Part shown: positions 20,439 through 30,793 of the stretch, piece by piece
Layout: each line of letters opens with the position of its first letter
Numbering within the stretch: position 1 is the stretch's first letter
Assembly: GCA_050331235.1 (NCBI GenBank)
Contig: JBHJHA010000060.1
Location: 10,235-74,234, forward strand
Source: Leptolyngbyaceae cyanobacterium
GTDB lineage: Bacteria; Cyanobacteriota; Cyanobacteriia; Phormidesmidales; Phormidesmidaceae
Direction: 5' to 3'
DNA length: 64,000 nt
Notes under the pieces: model-generated
What the model was told of the DNA's origin: nothing
Seen by the model: the letters and a program-made list of their open reading frames with translations, nothing else
The model's database searches: none
Position numbers and translations under genes: made by a program

Positions 20439-20909
20439 CTATTGTCGACGCGCTTTGCGGACAGTGCAGGGGAAGACACCCACGAGCATCGAGAATGCCT
20501 CATCAGGCACGCTATCAACGATCGCTTTGTCAAAGTATGTTTTGAACTGATCCAGGATCATTTGGGCCCGCTCAATGGGAATGGGTTTGTCGGTGAAGTT
20601 TTGGGTGAGGCGAATCCACTGCAAGCGAATCCGAATAGCCTTTTGCTGGTCTTCGTAAGTCTTCGGCTCCACTAGGGAGAGGTTGCCTAAGGCCGTAATG
20701 TGATCGCACCGCTCGTCAAGCGCACCGCCAACAGCTGCACCCGGACCAGCAAACTCTGCGTGGAATTTTTTGTAAACGACAATACCGTTGCGGCGTCGGC
20801 TATTGACAACCCAAAGTTTGCCGCTGTTGATTTTGTCCAAAACGATGTCCGTATGGGAAGGTTGCTTCACGGGATGAGGGGCCACATCGTCTCGATAAGT
20901 TTGGGGCAT
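20439..20909 (-). CDS. Hypothetical protein with possible degenerate Crp-type HTH
   Basis: 156-aa ORF; C-terminal DEAFSMLVGVFPCTVRKAR resembles a Crp-family HTH. Confidence 0.65.
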   Translation of the reverse strand: MPQTYRDDVAPHPVKQPSHTDIVLDKINSGKLWVVNSRRRNGIVVYKKFHAEFAGPGAAVGGALDERCDHITALGNLSLVEPKTYEDQQKAIRIRLQWIRLTQNFTDKPIPIERAQMILDQFKTYFDKAIVDSVPDEAFSMLVGVFPCTVRKARRQ

Positions 20910-21458
20910 AGTGAATAATTATTCAATCGAAGACTAGCGGGAATCTAGCGGTCAATGATTAAAGATAAAACTAAGGCGGTCAACTACTCCGTGGAGGAGT
21001 TTTGTTTGTTAGATCTTAGGCATATTTAATTTCCACTTCATTCTAGGGGAAGAGCCTGATAAAACCGACTTGAACGCCGTGCGGTCTCTGAAGCTGCTAT
21101 GAAGTTCTCATCAAATTCCGATGATTTCTATGTAAACTCCGCAGCAGCCTCACCATAGGCATCAAGCAACTTACCTGACTGCGATCGGGGAATAGGCGTT
21201 GCGAAAGTCCCACTCATTCCAATCCCCGAAGGTTTAGCTTGAAAAGTCCAACTCTAATAATCGCAGGACTATGTCAGCACTTCTACTGAAATTCGTAGGA
21301 GTTTGGAGTTATTCTGCCCCTATCTTTGACAGGGCTAACAGCCGCGACCATATCGCCGATTAGTCATAAGAAAATTGCCATGCCTGGATCTGCAATTTTG
21401 TGGGTTCAGGCATCGCTTATAGGGCTAAAGCAGGGATCGATTTGTTGGGATACAAGAC

Positions 21459-22895
21459 TCAGCGGCCTAACCAGCGGCGGAGGTTGAAAAAACGTCGCAA
21501 AATCGACTGCAGGCGCGTGTTGCTGGCATAGGTTTGTTTGGTCAGCTGTAACGCAGTTTTACTGTTGATCTCTGAAAGGGTGGGATAGATGTGAATGATC
21601 GATTTGAGCGCTCCGACTTTGAGCTTGTTGCTCATGGCCAAGATCACCTCATGAATCAGCTCTCCAGCAGCGGGACCGACAATATGGGCTCCTAGAATCT
21701 CACCATTCTTACGGGTGATAAACTTGGCAAACCCGATACCGGCTCCCTCAGCCAAGGCTCGATCCACATGGTCAAAGTCATGGCGTAACACCATCACATC
21801 GTCGCCATAGCGTTTACGGGCTTGGTCTTCGGTGAGCCCGACGCGAGACAGCTCTGGTTCGGTAAATGTTGCCCAGGGAATCACGCGATAATCGGCTTTC
21901 TTAGTCGGTAGGACAAGGGCATTTTGCATGGCCACGGCCCCTTCATACCCCGCAACGTGAGTAAATTGATAACCGCCGATGACATCTCCAGCCGCGTAAA
22001 CTTTGGGATTGGTCGTTTGCAGTTTTGAATTCACCTGGATACCAGCTTTGCTCACTTCAACGCCAGCTGCCTGAAGATTCAAGGTCTCAATATTGGGAAC
22101 GCGACCTGTAGCCACTAAAATTTCATCAACCGTGAGGCGATCGCCGGTATCCGTCACGATAACTTTTTGTCCCGATTCCAGGATCACCTCTTTGGCTCGT
22201 GTATTGGTGAGAATCTTGATCCCTTCTGCCTCCATCTGCGCCTGCACAACCTGTGCCGCTTCTGGCTCTTCTTTGTCCATGATGTGCCCGTGACTGGCAA
22301 TAATCGTTACTTGGCTGCCTAACCGGGCAAAGGCTTGACCAAGTTCACAACCGATGGGACCAGCCCCAATGACTGCCAGGGCATTGGGGCGCTGCTCAAT
22401 GCTAAAAACATTGAGATTGGTCAGATAGCCGGCCTCCTTTAAACCATTGATAGGAGGCAAACCAGGGCGACCGCCGGTGGCAACCAAGTATGCGCGAGCC
22501 TTGAGCTGGCGGCCGTTGACCTCGAACGTCTGAGCATCAGTAAATTGCCCTTCGCCAAAGATCACCTCAACCCCCAATGACTCAAATCGTTCTGTTGAGT
22601 CGTGCTCTTGGATGGTGTCGATGACACGGTGAACATGACCTAGCGCCTCGCGAATACGAATGTCATGAATGGAAGCTTCAATGCCATATTGCGCGGCATT
22701 CCTCACATCGTGGGCGACTCTGCCAGCATGGATCAAGGACTTGCTAGGAACGCACCCATAATGTAAGCAGTCACCCCCAAGTCGATGCTCTTTTTCAACC
22801 AAGGCAACTTTGGCATTGAGTTGGGCACCCGCGCTAGCGGCTACTAACCCCGCAGACCCCCCTCCAATAATGACGAGATCGTAGTCGACAGCCAT
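21459..22895 (-). CDS. Class I pyridine nucleotide-disulfide oxidoreductase (MerA/LpdA-like)
   Basis: GGGSAG, GGDCLHYGCVPSK, GAGPIG, HIYPTLSE; no C-terminal Cys-Cys pair. Confidence 0.9.
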   Translation of the reverse strand: MAVDYDLVIIGGGSAGLVAASAGAQLNAKVALVEKEHRLGGDCLHYGCVPSKSLIHAGRVAHDVRNAAQYGIEASIHDIRIREALGHVHRVIDTIQEHDSTERFESLGVEVIFGEGQFTDAQTFEVNGRQLKARAYLVATGGRPGLPPINGLKEAGYLTNLNVFSIEQRPNALAVIGAGPIGCELGQAFARLGSQVTIIASHGHIMDKEEPEAAQVVQAQMEAEGIKILTNTRAKEVILESGQKVIVTDTGDRLTVDEILVATGRVPNIETLNLQAAGVEVSKAGIQVNSKLQTTNPKVYAAGDVIGGYQFTHVAGYEGAVAMQNALVLPTKKADYRVIPWATFTEPELSRVGLTEDQARKRYGDDVMVLRHDFDHVDRALAEGAGIGFAKFITRKNGEILGAHIVGPAAGELIHEVILAMSNKLKVGALKSIIHIYPTLSEINSKTALQLTKQTYASNTRLQSILRRFFNLRRWLGR

Positions 22896-23041
22896 GGCGT
22901 TCTCCTTGTCATCCAATGCGTTCAACAGCTTACTTTGATTTTCAGGTAAGTAACTGAGGCCATGCTGAGAGGACCCTGCAAATATTCACATATCTACAGG
23001 AACGGGGAGTCCGATGGATATCGCTAGTCGCCATGTAGGAT

Positions 23042-23071
23042 TTGACATCGCCCGGAGAAGGCCGATGTCAA
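23042..23071. other. Intergenic stem-loop
   Basis: TTGACATCG..CGATGTCAA inverted repeat downstream of the DUF4079-like gene. Confidence 0.5.
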
Positions 23072-23116
23072 TGTTCGGTTTCACAAGGCCAAGACTTCAA
23101 ACTGGCCAAGTGAGGC

Positions 23117-23599
23117 TTAGATGGAGAGCCCAAGCTTAACGCCCAAAGCTGCATGAACGAATAGGAGCAGCATAGCGATGCTGCCGATGTAAGCGTGAGC
23201 AGTTCTCAGGGCGGGTTGACCACCACCAAACTTAGAGAGTGAGATCGCGCCATTGAGCCCCAAAATCCCGAGGGCGGCGGAGCCAGTCCAAAAATGCGGA
23301 CTTTGTAAAATAGGTTGATCTTGCATGACCAGCGATAACACACCGCCGATGTAGCCGAGAGCAATAAACAGGAACATCATCGGGGCAAGCTTTTTATGAT
23401 CAGCCAATGCCGATTGGGTAGTTTCCGGTACGGTCGCAGTACGGCCGCGCCAGCCCGCCCACGCGACATAGAGACCCAGGACAAAAATAACAATACCCAT
23501 CATGGCAGGATGCCCCCAGTGGATGATGGGCTCAGGCATATCAAATTGAGCAAACCAGTCTGCGATCGGTTTTAACCAAGCAGTGAGTTGAGCAGCCAC
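23117..23599 (-). CDS. DUF4079-like membrane protein (cytochrome b561-like His pattern)
   Basis: IHWGHPAMMG, DHKKL, SPHFWTG, AHAYIG. Confidence 0.75.
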   Translation of the reverse strand: MAAQLTAWLKPIADWFAQFDMPEPIIHWGHPAMMGIVIFVLGLYVAWAGWRGRTATVPETTQSALADHKKLAPMMFLFIALGYIGGVLSLVMQDQPILQSPHFWTGSAALGILGLNGAISLSKFGGGQPALRTAHAYIGSIAMLLLFVHAALGVKLGLSI

Positions 23600-23652
23600 G
23601 TCAAATCTCCTTTCAACAGCGGGCGGTCGTTACATGCCTTAACATGCCATAT

Positions 23653-24549
23653 CTATTGCAATTGCGCAGCTGTTTCGGTCGACTCTTTGAGCAGGGGAAA
23701 CCCCAAGGCTTCCCGCTGGTCATAGTAAAGCTGGGCGACTTTGCGTGCTAGCCCACGAACCTGGCGAATATATCGAGTTCGTTCCGTCACAGAGATGACG
23801 CCCCGAGCATCGAGCAAATTGAAGGTATGGGAGCATTTCAGCACATAGTCATAGCTTGGTAAAACGAGCCCTTTTTCCATAAGCTGCTCAGCTTCTTGCT
23901 GGAACAAGTTGAAGAGCGTGAACAGGAGTTCGGTATTAGACTCGTCAAAGATGTATTGGGATTGTTCAATTTCTCCCTGCATATGCACGTCGCCATAGGT
24001 GAGGGTGTCGTTCCACCGAATTTTGGCGATCGCATCGACCTCTTTCAAGTACATAGTGAGGCGCTCCAGACCATAGGTCAGTTCAATGGATACCGGGCGA
24101 CAATCTAATCCACCGCATTGTTGGAAGTAGGTAAACTGAGTAATTTCCATCCCGTCCAGCCATACCTCCCAGCCCACTCCCCATGCCCCCACAGCAGCAT
24201 CTTCCCAGTTGTCTTCTACAAAGCGAATGTCATGATCTTCTGCTTTGATGCCGAGGGCGCGTAAAGACTCCAAATACAGGTCTTGAATGTCAGGCGGGGA
24301 GGGCTTAATCAGCACCTGATATTGATAGTAGTGCTGATAGCGGTTAGGGTTTTCGCCGTAGCGTCCATCGGCTGGGCGGCGACAAGGCTCAGCATAGGCA
24401 ACGGACCAAGGCTCAGGACCGATGGCTCGTAAAAATGTATGGGGGCTCTTCGTGCCTGCCCCTTTTTCAGTATCGTAGGGCTGTACAATCAAACAGCCTT
24501 GCTTACTCCAAAAGTCGTGCAGGGTCGTAATTACTGATTGAAAATACAC
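23653..24549 (-). CDS. glyQ: Glycine--tRNA ligase alpha subunit
   Basis: [56 protein letters not shown] start inferred. Confidence 0.97.
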   Translation of the reverse strand: MYFQSVITTLHDFWSKQGCLIVQPYDTEKGAGTKSPHTFLRAIGPEPWSVAYAEPCRRPADGRYGENPNRYQHYYQYQVLIKPSPPDIQDLYLESLRALGIKAEDHDIRFVEDNWEDAAVGAWGVGWEVWLDGMEITQFTYFQQCGGLDCRPVSIELTYGLERLTMYLKEVDAIAKIRWNDTLTYGDVHMQGEIEQSQYIFDESNTELLFTLFNLFQQEAEQLMEKGLVLPSYDYVLKCSHTFNLLDARGVISVTERTRYIRQVRGLARKVAQLYYDQREALGFPLLKESTETAAQLQ

Positions 24550-24708
24550 GCCAGTTCTTTCCTCGTCCACTCTGAATAAATCAACCTTAGTCGACTTTAC
24601 GGTAGAAAGGCGGCAGATTCTAGGGGAACCTGGAAGACCCATCTGTCGTGCCACAGCAGGGCGTCGCCGTGGCCGTCACTCAAAACTACGGAGCGGGGTG
24701 CCTAGCAG

Positions 24709-26046
24709 CTAAAGGACTAAATTACGTCCGGGATCGCCCAAGATATAAGGAGTCTGACCCATGACAATTTTAGGCTCAAAGGTGTCTGGCGGAGCAGCTT
24801 GTCCCCAGTGCTGCTGTAAAGACAGCAGCAAGGCATCCTGTTGTGCCCTTAGCAGTTCAATATCGCCGCCCCAGTTTTGAATCGAAAACCACACAGGTCC
24901 TCGCTCTTGGGTAGGGAAGTATCCTGCCAACGAGCTAACTGTGTTGAGGGTGCCCGTTTTGAGCGCAGCTTGAGTGGGCAACTCGCGAAAAATCAAAGTG
25001 CCTTCGTCTTGGCCAAAGACGGGCATCACATCGGAGATCGATAGGCCGTGGGGCCGTAGCTGACGCTGGATATCCAGTAGAATTGCCACCACCGCCCGGG
25101 GCGAGAGCCGATTTTCAATACCTAAGCCAGAGCCGTTGATCAAACGAATTTCGTCAGTGGGCACGCCGGTTTTGGCTGCAGCCTTGGCCGCAACGGTGTT
25201 AGGACCGCCAGCCGCACGGGCAAATTGGTCAGCCATAGCGTTGTTGCTGTAGATGTTCATCGCCTTGAGCAACGGCACTAGGGGCAGCGATTGGTGACGG
25301 ACGAGCCACTGCGGAGTCATCACAGCAGTGGTTGGTTCGACGACAATGCTGCCGGCGATCGCCAAATTAGGGGCGGCAGTGTCGGGAGGCATCGTACTGT
25401 GAACGTAATACACCTCATCGGACCAGCGATTGACATCCACCGCTTGCATAAATAACTCGCCAGAACGATAGGAATCCGGTTCAAAATTCATGGCGAACTC
25501 GCCCAAGATGATCAGATTGCCTGTCACCTGTTGAATACCCTGCTGGTTGAGCGTGTTAGCTAAGGCGATCGCCTCCTCCCAAACAAAATACGGATCGCCT
25601 GTCCATTCAATGACTAGATCACCATTGATAATGCCGTTTTCTAGGGTGCCGGTGTAGCCAAACTTCGTTTCAAACCGGTGGCTCACTGGCCAGGTCTCCA
25701 ATGCGGCTAATGTTGTGGCCATTTTGGTGAGAGATGCCGACGACAAGGGCCGGTAAGGCTGATTGACCGCGATCGCAGTGCCCCCGGTTTGTACCCAAAT
25801 ACCCTGTGCTTCTGGGTCAAAGCCCTGCTCGGCCAAACGAGCAAGGTAGTTGCGCACAATTGCTTTAGCTTCCGGGTCAGGGGCATTCATAGTCAACACC
25901 CATGGCGACTCCCAGCCGGCAATTGTTTGCAGAGAGGGCCACGGCATCGGCTCTAGAGGAATAGTCGATGTTGGCTGATTGCTCAACAGGGAAAATATGC
26001 TTAACGCCATCAGGAGGGAACTTTGAAGCATTGACCCATTTATCAC
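24709..26046 (-). CDS. dacB: D-alanyl-D-alanine carboxypeptidase/endopeptidase (peptidase S13, PBP4)
   Basis: SxxK (ASLTK), SxN (YSNN), NGSGL, KTGTL. Confidence 0.88.
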   Translation of the reverse strand: MINGSMLQSSLLMALSIFSLLSNQPTSTIPLEPMPWPSLQTIAGWESPWVLTMNAPDPEAKAIVRNYLARLAEQGFDPEAQGIWVQTGGTAIAVNQPYRPLSSASLTKMATTLAALETWPVSHRFETKFGYTGTLENGIINGDLVIEWTGDPYFVWEEAIALANTLNQQGIQQVTGNLIILGEFAMNFEPDSYRSGELFMQAVDVNRWSDEVYYVHSTMPPDTAAPNLAIAGSIVVEPTTAVMTPQWLVRHQSLPLVPLLKAMNIYSNNAMADQFARAAGGPNTVAAKAAAKTGVPTDEIRLINGSGLGIENRLSPRAVVAILLDIQRQLRPHGLSISDVMPVFGQDEGTLIFRELPTQAALKTGTLNTVSSLAGYFPTQERGPVWFSIQNWGGDIELLRAQQDALLLSLQQHWGQAAPPDTFEPKIVMGQTPYILGDPGRNLVL

Positions 26047-26155
26047 GCAACGGCCATTATCCTAGCGGACACAAGCATCATTCGGAGCATGGCTATCAGT
26101 GCACAAAGCCCTGATGTGGCCGTTAGTGAAGAGGGAATGGCACAAGGCCATAGAC

Positions 26156-26188
26156 AAAAAAATCCCCCTGATCAACTAGGGGGATTTT
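26156..26188 (-). terminator. Intrinsic terminator of the PEP-CTERM gene
   Basis: AAAATCCCCCT..AGGGGGATTTT stem; T7 run on the minus strand. Confidence 0.85.
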
Positions 26189-26227
26189 AATTCACTTACT
26201 CAAGTCAGGGATGCGATCGCGCTAGAC

Positions 26228-26959
26228 CTAAGCCAGTTTTTTCTTTACCGCGCTGCCTGCAGCTACAGCCCCCACAGCCAACACCGCCAAAGCTGACATG
26301 GGCTCAGGGACGTCTGCTGAGCTGGTTAATCCCTTAGCAACTAGAACCACGTCGTTAAAGTCGCGATCGCCACCGTTGTAGAGGTCTTCAAAACCGATGA
26401 AGGTGAAGTACTCACCGGAAGCTTCGTCATTGTAGCCAAATGCCGTGATGTGATTGATGCCGTCAGGATTTTCATCCGGATTAGCACCATACACGTTAGT
26501 ACCACCGTTGTAGCCATTAGCTTTGATGAAAAGCTCAAATTGTGCGACCGCGGGGAGTCCGCCAAAGTCACTGAGTTCGAAGCCATCACCAGCATTTAGA
26601 GAGCCGCCAGAGCCCTGCTTAGAGGCATTCCCAAACAGCATTTGCTTTTCACTATCGGCAGCAGAAAATAAAACCTGGTTTTTGTAACCAGCACCCTCAT
26701 CAATGAAGTAAACTTCCACTGATTTCGACGTATCAAATATTAAGGTAGATGCATCTAGTTCTTGAAGTTGAGCATCGGACAGTGCTTCTCTCTCACCGTT
26801 CACGTTGGACTTAAAGAAGTCCAACAGTTCTTGACTGTAGCTATCGGTGAAGCTCGTGGCAGTTTTTTGGAAGGTAAAAGCTTGAGCTTCTGCAGCGGCC
26901 AAGGTAGATGCGAAAGCAGCTGTAGCAATAGCGAGTTGTGCTTTAGTGAAAATTTTCAT
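26228..26959 (-). CDS. Secreted PEP-CTERM sorting-domain protein with DUF4114-like domain
   Basis: Signal peptide ..AEAQA; IGFEDLYNGGDRDFNDVV; C-terminal VPEP + TM + KKK. Confidence 0.88.
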   Translation of the reverse strand: MKIFTKAQLAIATAAFASTLAAAEAQAFTFQKTATSFTDSYSQELLDFFKSNVNGEREALSDAQLQELDASTLIFDTSKSVEVYFIDEGAGYKNQVLFSAADSEKQMLFGNASKQGSGGSLNAGDGFELSDFGGLPAVAQFELFIKANGYNGGTNVYGANPDENPDGINHITAFGYNDEASGEYFTFIGFEDLYNGGDRDFNDVVLVAKGLTSSADVPEPMSALAVLAVGAVAAGSAVKKKLA

Positions 26960-27392
26960 GATGGAACTCTTGCGAAATGACATTCTCAAGATAAGTGAAA
27001 TAATTTGCTAGCGGCAGGCTTTTGTGTCGAATTTTACAGGTTCTTTGATTTTAGATTTGATTGGCTTGAAATTTGGAGTAACAGTCTTACAAGAACTCAA
27101 AAAAGAGCTTTTCAAATCGTGGAAGCTGCGTATATTTCCGGTTATTTGAAAGCATTTTGACTGCAGAAAAAATGGATCTCAGAGAAAGCGCTGAGGCCTC
27201 TAGTACTGCCCGTCCGTAAGAACATCATCTGACAAGCAGGTAAGCAGCGGCCCAGGCGGCTGGTGTAGTGATTTCCACTTGGATGCCACAAGAGAGTCTA
27301 ACTGCGGACTGCCTCGCCAGCATCGCAGGACTGTTCAGCCGCTTGGGTAGCTTCTCCCAGGCAACTCTAAAGGGGCATGATTAGCCAGTGGG

Positions 27393-30209
27393 CTATGGAC
27401 GCGGGTCTTTATGGGGGAGACCCATGGATTTTCCTTTGTTAGTCATGGCTAATACGATGCGGCTCATAATGCGTCCATCATCCAACTTTTGCAGAGTAAA
27501 CTCGCCACCGACTTGCTGCATCAGAGTCTTACAAATGCTGAAGTGCAATCCTGGTGGAACATCTAACAGCGAGGGAACCAAAATATCATCTGGGCGGCCG
27601 TGCTCTAAGTCTTTGAGCAGTTGCCGGGGAACATCACCATCGTCGGTAATGGCCAGCTCCATTAGGGTACGGTCTAGCGGTCGGCACCAAATATCGAGAC
27701 GCCCATGTTCTGGCGATCGCTGACACGCTGCCACCATGAGCTCGTAAAGTACTAGCTCAATCTTTTCTAAATCGCCAGAGATGATGACATTGCTCTCGTT
27801 ATGCACCTTGGCCCAGAGCTGATGCTCTTGAATAAGGGTATTGACCCGCTCCATTAGTCGATTGAGTAAGCTGACAAGGGGGGTGGTTTGCTGATGCTTA
27901 CGGAGCTCCCAAGCTTCATTTTGCAAGACACTATTGACGCCGCCGGTAAGTTTGCCAAGTTGGCGTACGAGCTGTAGCTGTCGCTGAGCCGTCAGTCCTT
28001 TGCCCTGGGTGATCGGATCACTGAGGCGATCAAGGTTGACCTCGAGTTGGCGATGGACCTCGGCAAGGCGTTTATGTTTATACCAGTTGAGGGCTACCAG
28101 CGAGTCCTGACGTTCTAGTAACAGATTGACAATATTGAGATGACGGCGGGACCACGCCAACTGATTAGATAGCAGAGAAACCAGACTGAAGTGATGGCTA
28201 GTCCATCGGCGATCGCCCCGGTCTGCAATAACCCAGACACCATTAGGAACATGCTTATCGGCGGTTTTGAGGCCTACAACTAAGAATTTGCTGGTGGGAG
28301 GGCCTTTGATCCAGGCTCGTGTATCTTCAGGAAAATCTTCCCAAGTCACGGGGAGGGGACCATCCGTTTGCTGTGACCAACTGATAATGGCATCCGTAGG
28401 AACTGATATCTGCGCATGGCGGTCAGCATCAAAATCGATGTTGCGAGAAATGACGTGATTCACCTGAGCCACTTCATCCCCAACCGCCCAGGTGACTAGG
28501 ACTACCAAGTTGGCATCCAATAAATCAATTAGATGTTGACAAGCGGATTCTTCTAATTTCTTGAGCTCAAAGGTTTGCTGTAGGGTCTTGAGCCCCCATT
28601 GAATGGCACTGTAGATATCTTCTTGTTGGTCAGTTTGTCGCTGGAGCTTCCATTGCCGCAGAATCAGACTAATCTGCTGGGCAATTTGCAGGAGGAGCTG
28701 ACCTTCGTTGTTAGCCCACTGACGCGGCGTTTGACTCGCGACTAAAACAACCCCCTCGGGTGCACTACCTGGCGTAATGTTGCAAGCCAAGATACTTTGC
28801 AAGCCTAAGGCCTCGAAGTTTTCCCGCCAGGCCAAGAGCTTGAGATCATTGGTGAGATCGTTAATTGCGATCGCCGATTCGCTATCTTCCAACATTTGCC
28901 AGTCGACCTCATCCAGTGAGGGCCAAGCCGTTGACAGCCGTTTGCGCGGCAGCTTACGTTTTTGAAAAATAACTTGGTAGCCGCCATGCTCAAGATCATG
29001 GAGCAGCACCATAAACTGCTGAACCCCCAAATTCTGACAGAGATTTTCACCACATAAATCTAAGGTGTTTTGCCAGTCAGCTTCGCTTTGAATACTGCGC
29101 ACCAGACCCGTGAGGAGCTCGACTTCCTGGGCGGATTCCTGACGCACCTCTTGAATCGATAGCACCGGCATCATCAAGCCAGTTAAATTCGCAACCGTTT
29201 TGAGGTAGTTGCGTCCTGGCTCTGACCACAGCCGAGCCTCATTGCTCTCAACGCTAATGAAGCCTAAAAAGGTCTGATGCTCGAAAATCGGTGCCACCAT
29301 CAGAGCACTGGCTTTTAGCAACTGCATAAACCGATCAGGGACATTAGCTGCATTAGAACTTTGGGCTTCGCCGACAACTAGGGGCTGTTGCTTACTCAGG
29401 ACCTGATAGACGCCCCGCACCTCACTGACGGGAATTTGGAGTCCTGGCTTGTCCTGGGAATAGGACTTCGTTGTTTTGCTTTGCCGTGCTCGGATGGTGA
29501 GACGTTCCCAAAATTCAAACTGAGTGGGATTGAGCCAAAAGATGCGGACTCGGTCAGGATTAACGAACTGAAAAATGGATTGGGCAACGGCGGTCAGCTG
29601 CGTATCTCTATCTTCGATAGTTTGCAATTGAGTGATTAAACTCGCTAGGGCCACGCCAGGGGCTTTGCGCTGCTGGGTCTGCAGGGCCTGCTCGCGCTTG
29701 TGCAAAACGTCGGCGAGGGCACTGCAGGTGGTGGAAATAAAGGTGCGATCGCTATTGCTGATTGTTTGTCCCCACTGCTCAGACCCCATGATCAAAAGCC
29801 CGTAGCAAACATCACGGCGCCGCACAGGAAAAATGAGCGCTCCCTGGATGCCGAACTGATCGGCCATTTCGTTCCAGGCGGCAATGCGCGACTCAACTCG
29901 CAAGTCACTGATGATCAGCGGCCGCTGTTGAATGACGACCTGTTCCATCAAGTCGCCAGGGGCGAGCGAAAATGTACTTTTTAGAGAGCGATGGGGCTTA
30001 GGCGCGATAAACCCTTGACTGACAATCTGATGCTGGACTCGTTCGTACAGACCAAACCACAGGAGAGAGTAGTGCAACTCCTCTTTGAGGTTTTCCAATA
30101 AAGATGAAATCAACCGATCAAGATCCTCCGTCTCCCGAAGGAGCTTGAGGATCCTGGCAAGAGCTGCCAAACGCCTTTCTGGATTGGGATTGGGTAAGGT
30201 CGAAACCAT
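27393..30209 (-). CDS. Multi-GAF protein with degenerate histidine-kinase-like C-terminus
   Basis: About four GAF-like repeats; HATPase_c-like tail with ELAITDDG but PPGLHF in place of GxGLGL. Confidence 0.8.
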   Translation of the reverse strand: MVSTLPNPNPERRLAALARILKLLRETEDLDRLISSLLENLKEELHYSLLWFGLYERVQHQIVSQGFIAPKPHRSLKSTFSLAPGDLMEQVVIQQRPLIISDLRVESRIAAWNEMADQFGIQGALIFPVRRRDVCYGLLIMGSEQWGQTISNSDRTFISTTCSALADVLHKREQALQTQQRKAPGVALASLITQLQTIEDRDTQLTAVAQSIFQFVNPDRVRIFWLNPTQFEFWERLTIRARQSKTTKSYSQDKPGLQIPVSEVRGVYQVLSKQQPLVVGEAQSSNAANVPDRFMQLLKASALMVAPIFEHQTFLGFISVESNEARLWSEPGRNYLKTVANLTGLMMPVLSIQEVRQESAQEVELLTGLVRSIQSEADWQNTLDLCGENLCQNLGVQQFMVLLHDLEHGGYQVIFQKRKLPRKRLSTAWPSLDEVDWQMLEDSESAIAINDLTNDLKLLAWRENFEALGLQSILACNITPGSAPEGVVLVASQTPRQWANNEGQLLLQIAQQISLILRQWKLQRQTDQQEDIYSAIQWGLKTLQQTFELKKLEESACQHLIDLLDANLVVLVTWAVGDEVAQVNHVISRNIDFDADRHAQISVPTDAIISWSQQTDGPLPVTWEDFPEDTRAWIKGPPTSKFLVVGLKTADKHVPNGVWVIADRGDRRWTSHHFSLVSLLSNQLAWSRRHLNIVNLLLERQDSLVALNWYKHKRLAEVHRQLEVNLDRLSDPITQGKGLTAQRQLQLVRQLGKLTGGVNSVLQNEAWELRKHQQTTPLVSLLNRLMERVNTLIQEHQLWAKVHNESNVIISGDLEKIELVLYELMVAACQRSPEHGRLDIWCRPLDRTLMELAITDDGDVPRQLLKDLEHGRPDDILVPSLLDVPPGLHFSICKTLMQQVGGEFTLQKLDDGRIMSRIVLAMTNKGKSMGLPHKDPRP

Positions 30210-30793
30210 GACGAGACAGTGATTTTCGGAATTTATAGAGCGTCACCCGTCAAAGACGGCAAAAGCGTTGCAGGGTTTGCCGCCGAAAAGCATAGGGCTA
30301 AGTGCCAAACTGAAAGTGATGGATGAAGGTTAGCAAAAAACCCCAGAACTAGCCCGTATATGAACGATATATAGAGTTTGACTAGTGCGGTTTTTGATCA
30401 TCTCCAACAGCTTTCAAAAAGAGTCGCGGTAACGCTGCTGTGCTGTCATGTCATGCAGCCAACCAACAGCAACTAACCCTAAAGGCTTCATCGCACTCGA
30501 TCAGGCTAGCTGCTGCGATTAAGCAACATCTAGGCATGACGAACAGGTTATGTGTCAACCATGCCACGCTCTGAACGATAATTTTGTAGAGTGAACAACT
30601 AGATAAGTAACCTGTAGTCGGGATGGTAGGCGTTTCAACAGTTGAGCGATCGCCGGGCTCAGCTGAGTTAGCCGCTTTATCCTGTGAGCGTCTTACCATT
30701 AGAGCCTACCGACTAGCTGACGGTACAGACTTCGTTAAGAGACTTCAAAATCGTGAGCTGTTATGTCATTTGCAGCTAGAGAGATAAAAATCT

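Noticed and set aside
21459..22895. merA mercury resistance call
   Set aside because: Lacks the C-terminal Cys-Cys pair and any mer operon context
30245..30300. c-di-GMP-I riboswitch upstream of the GAF gene (GGCAAACC on the minus strand)
   Set aside because: No GNRA-capped P2 stem or GACGCAAAGC segment follows
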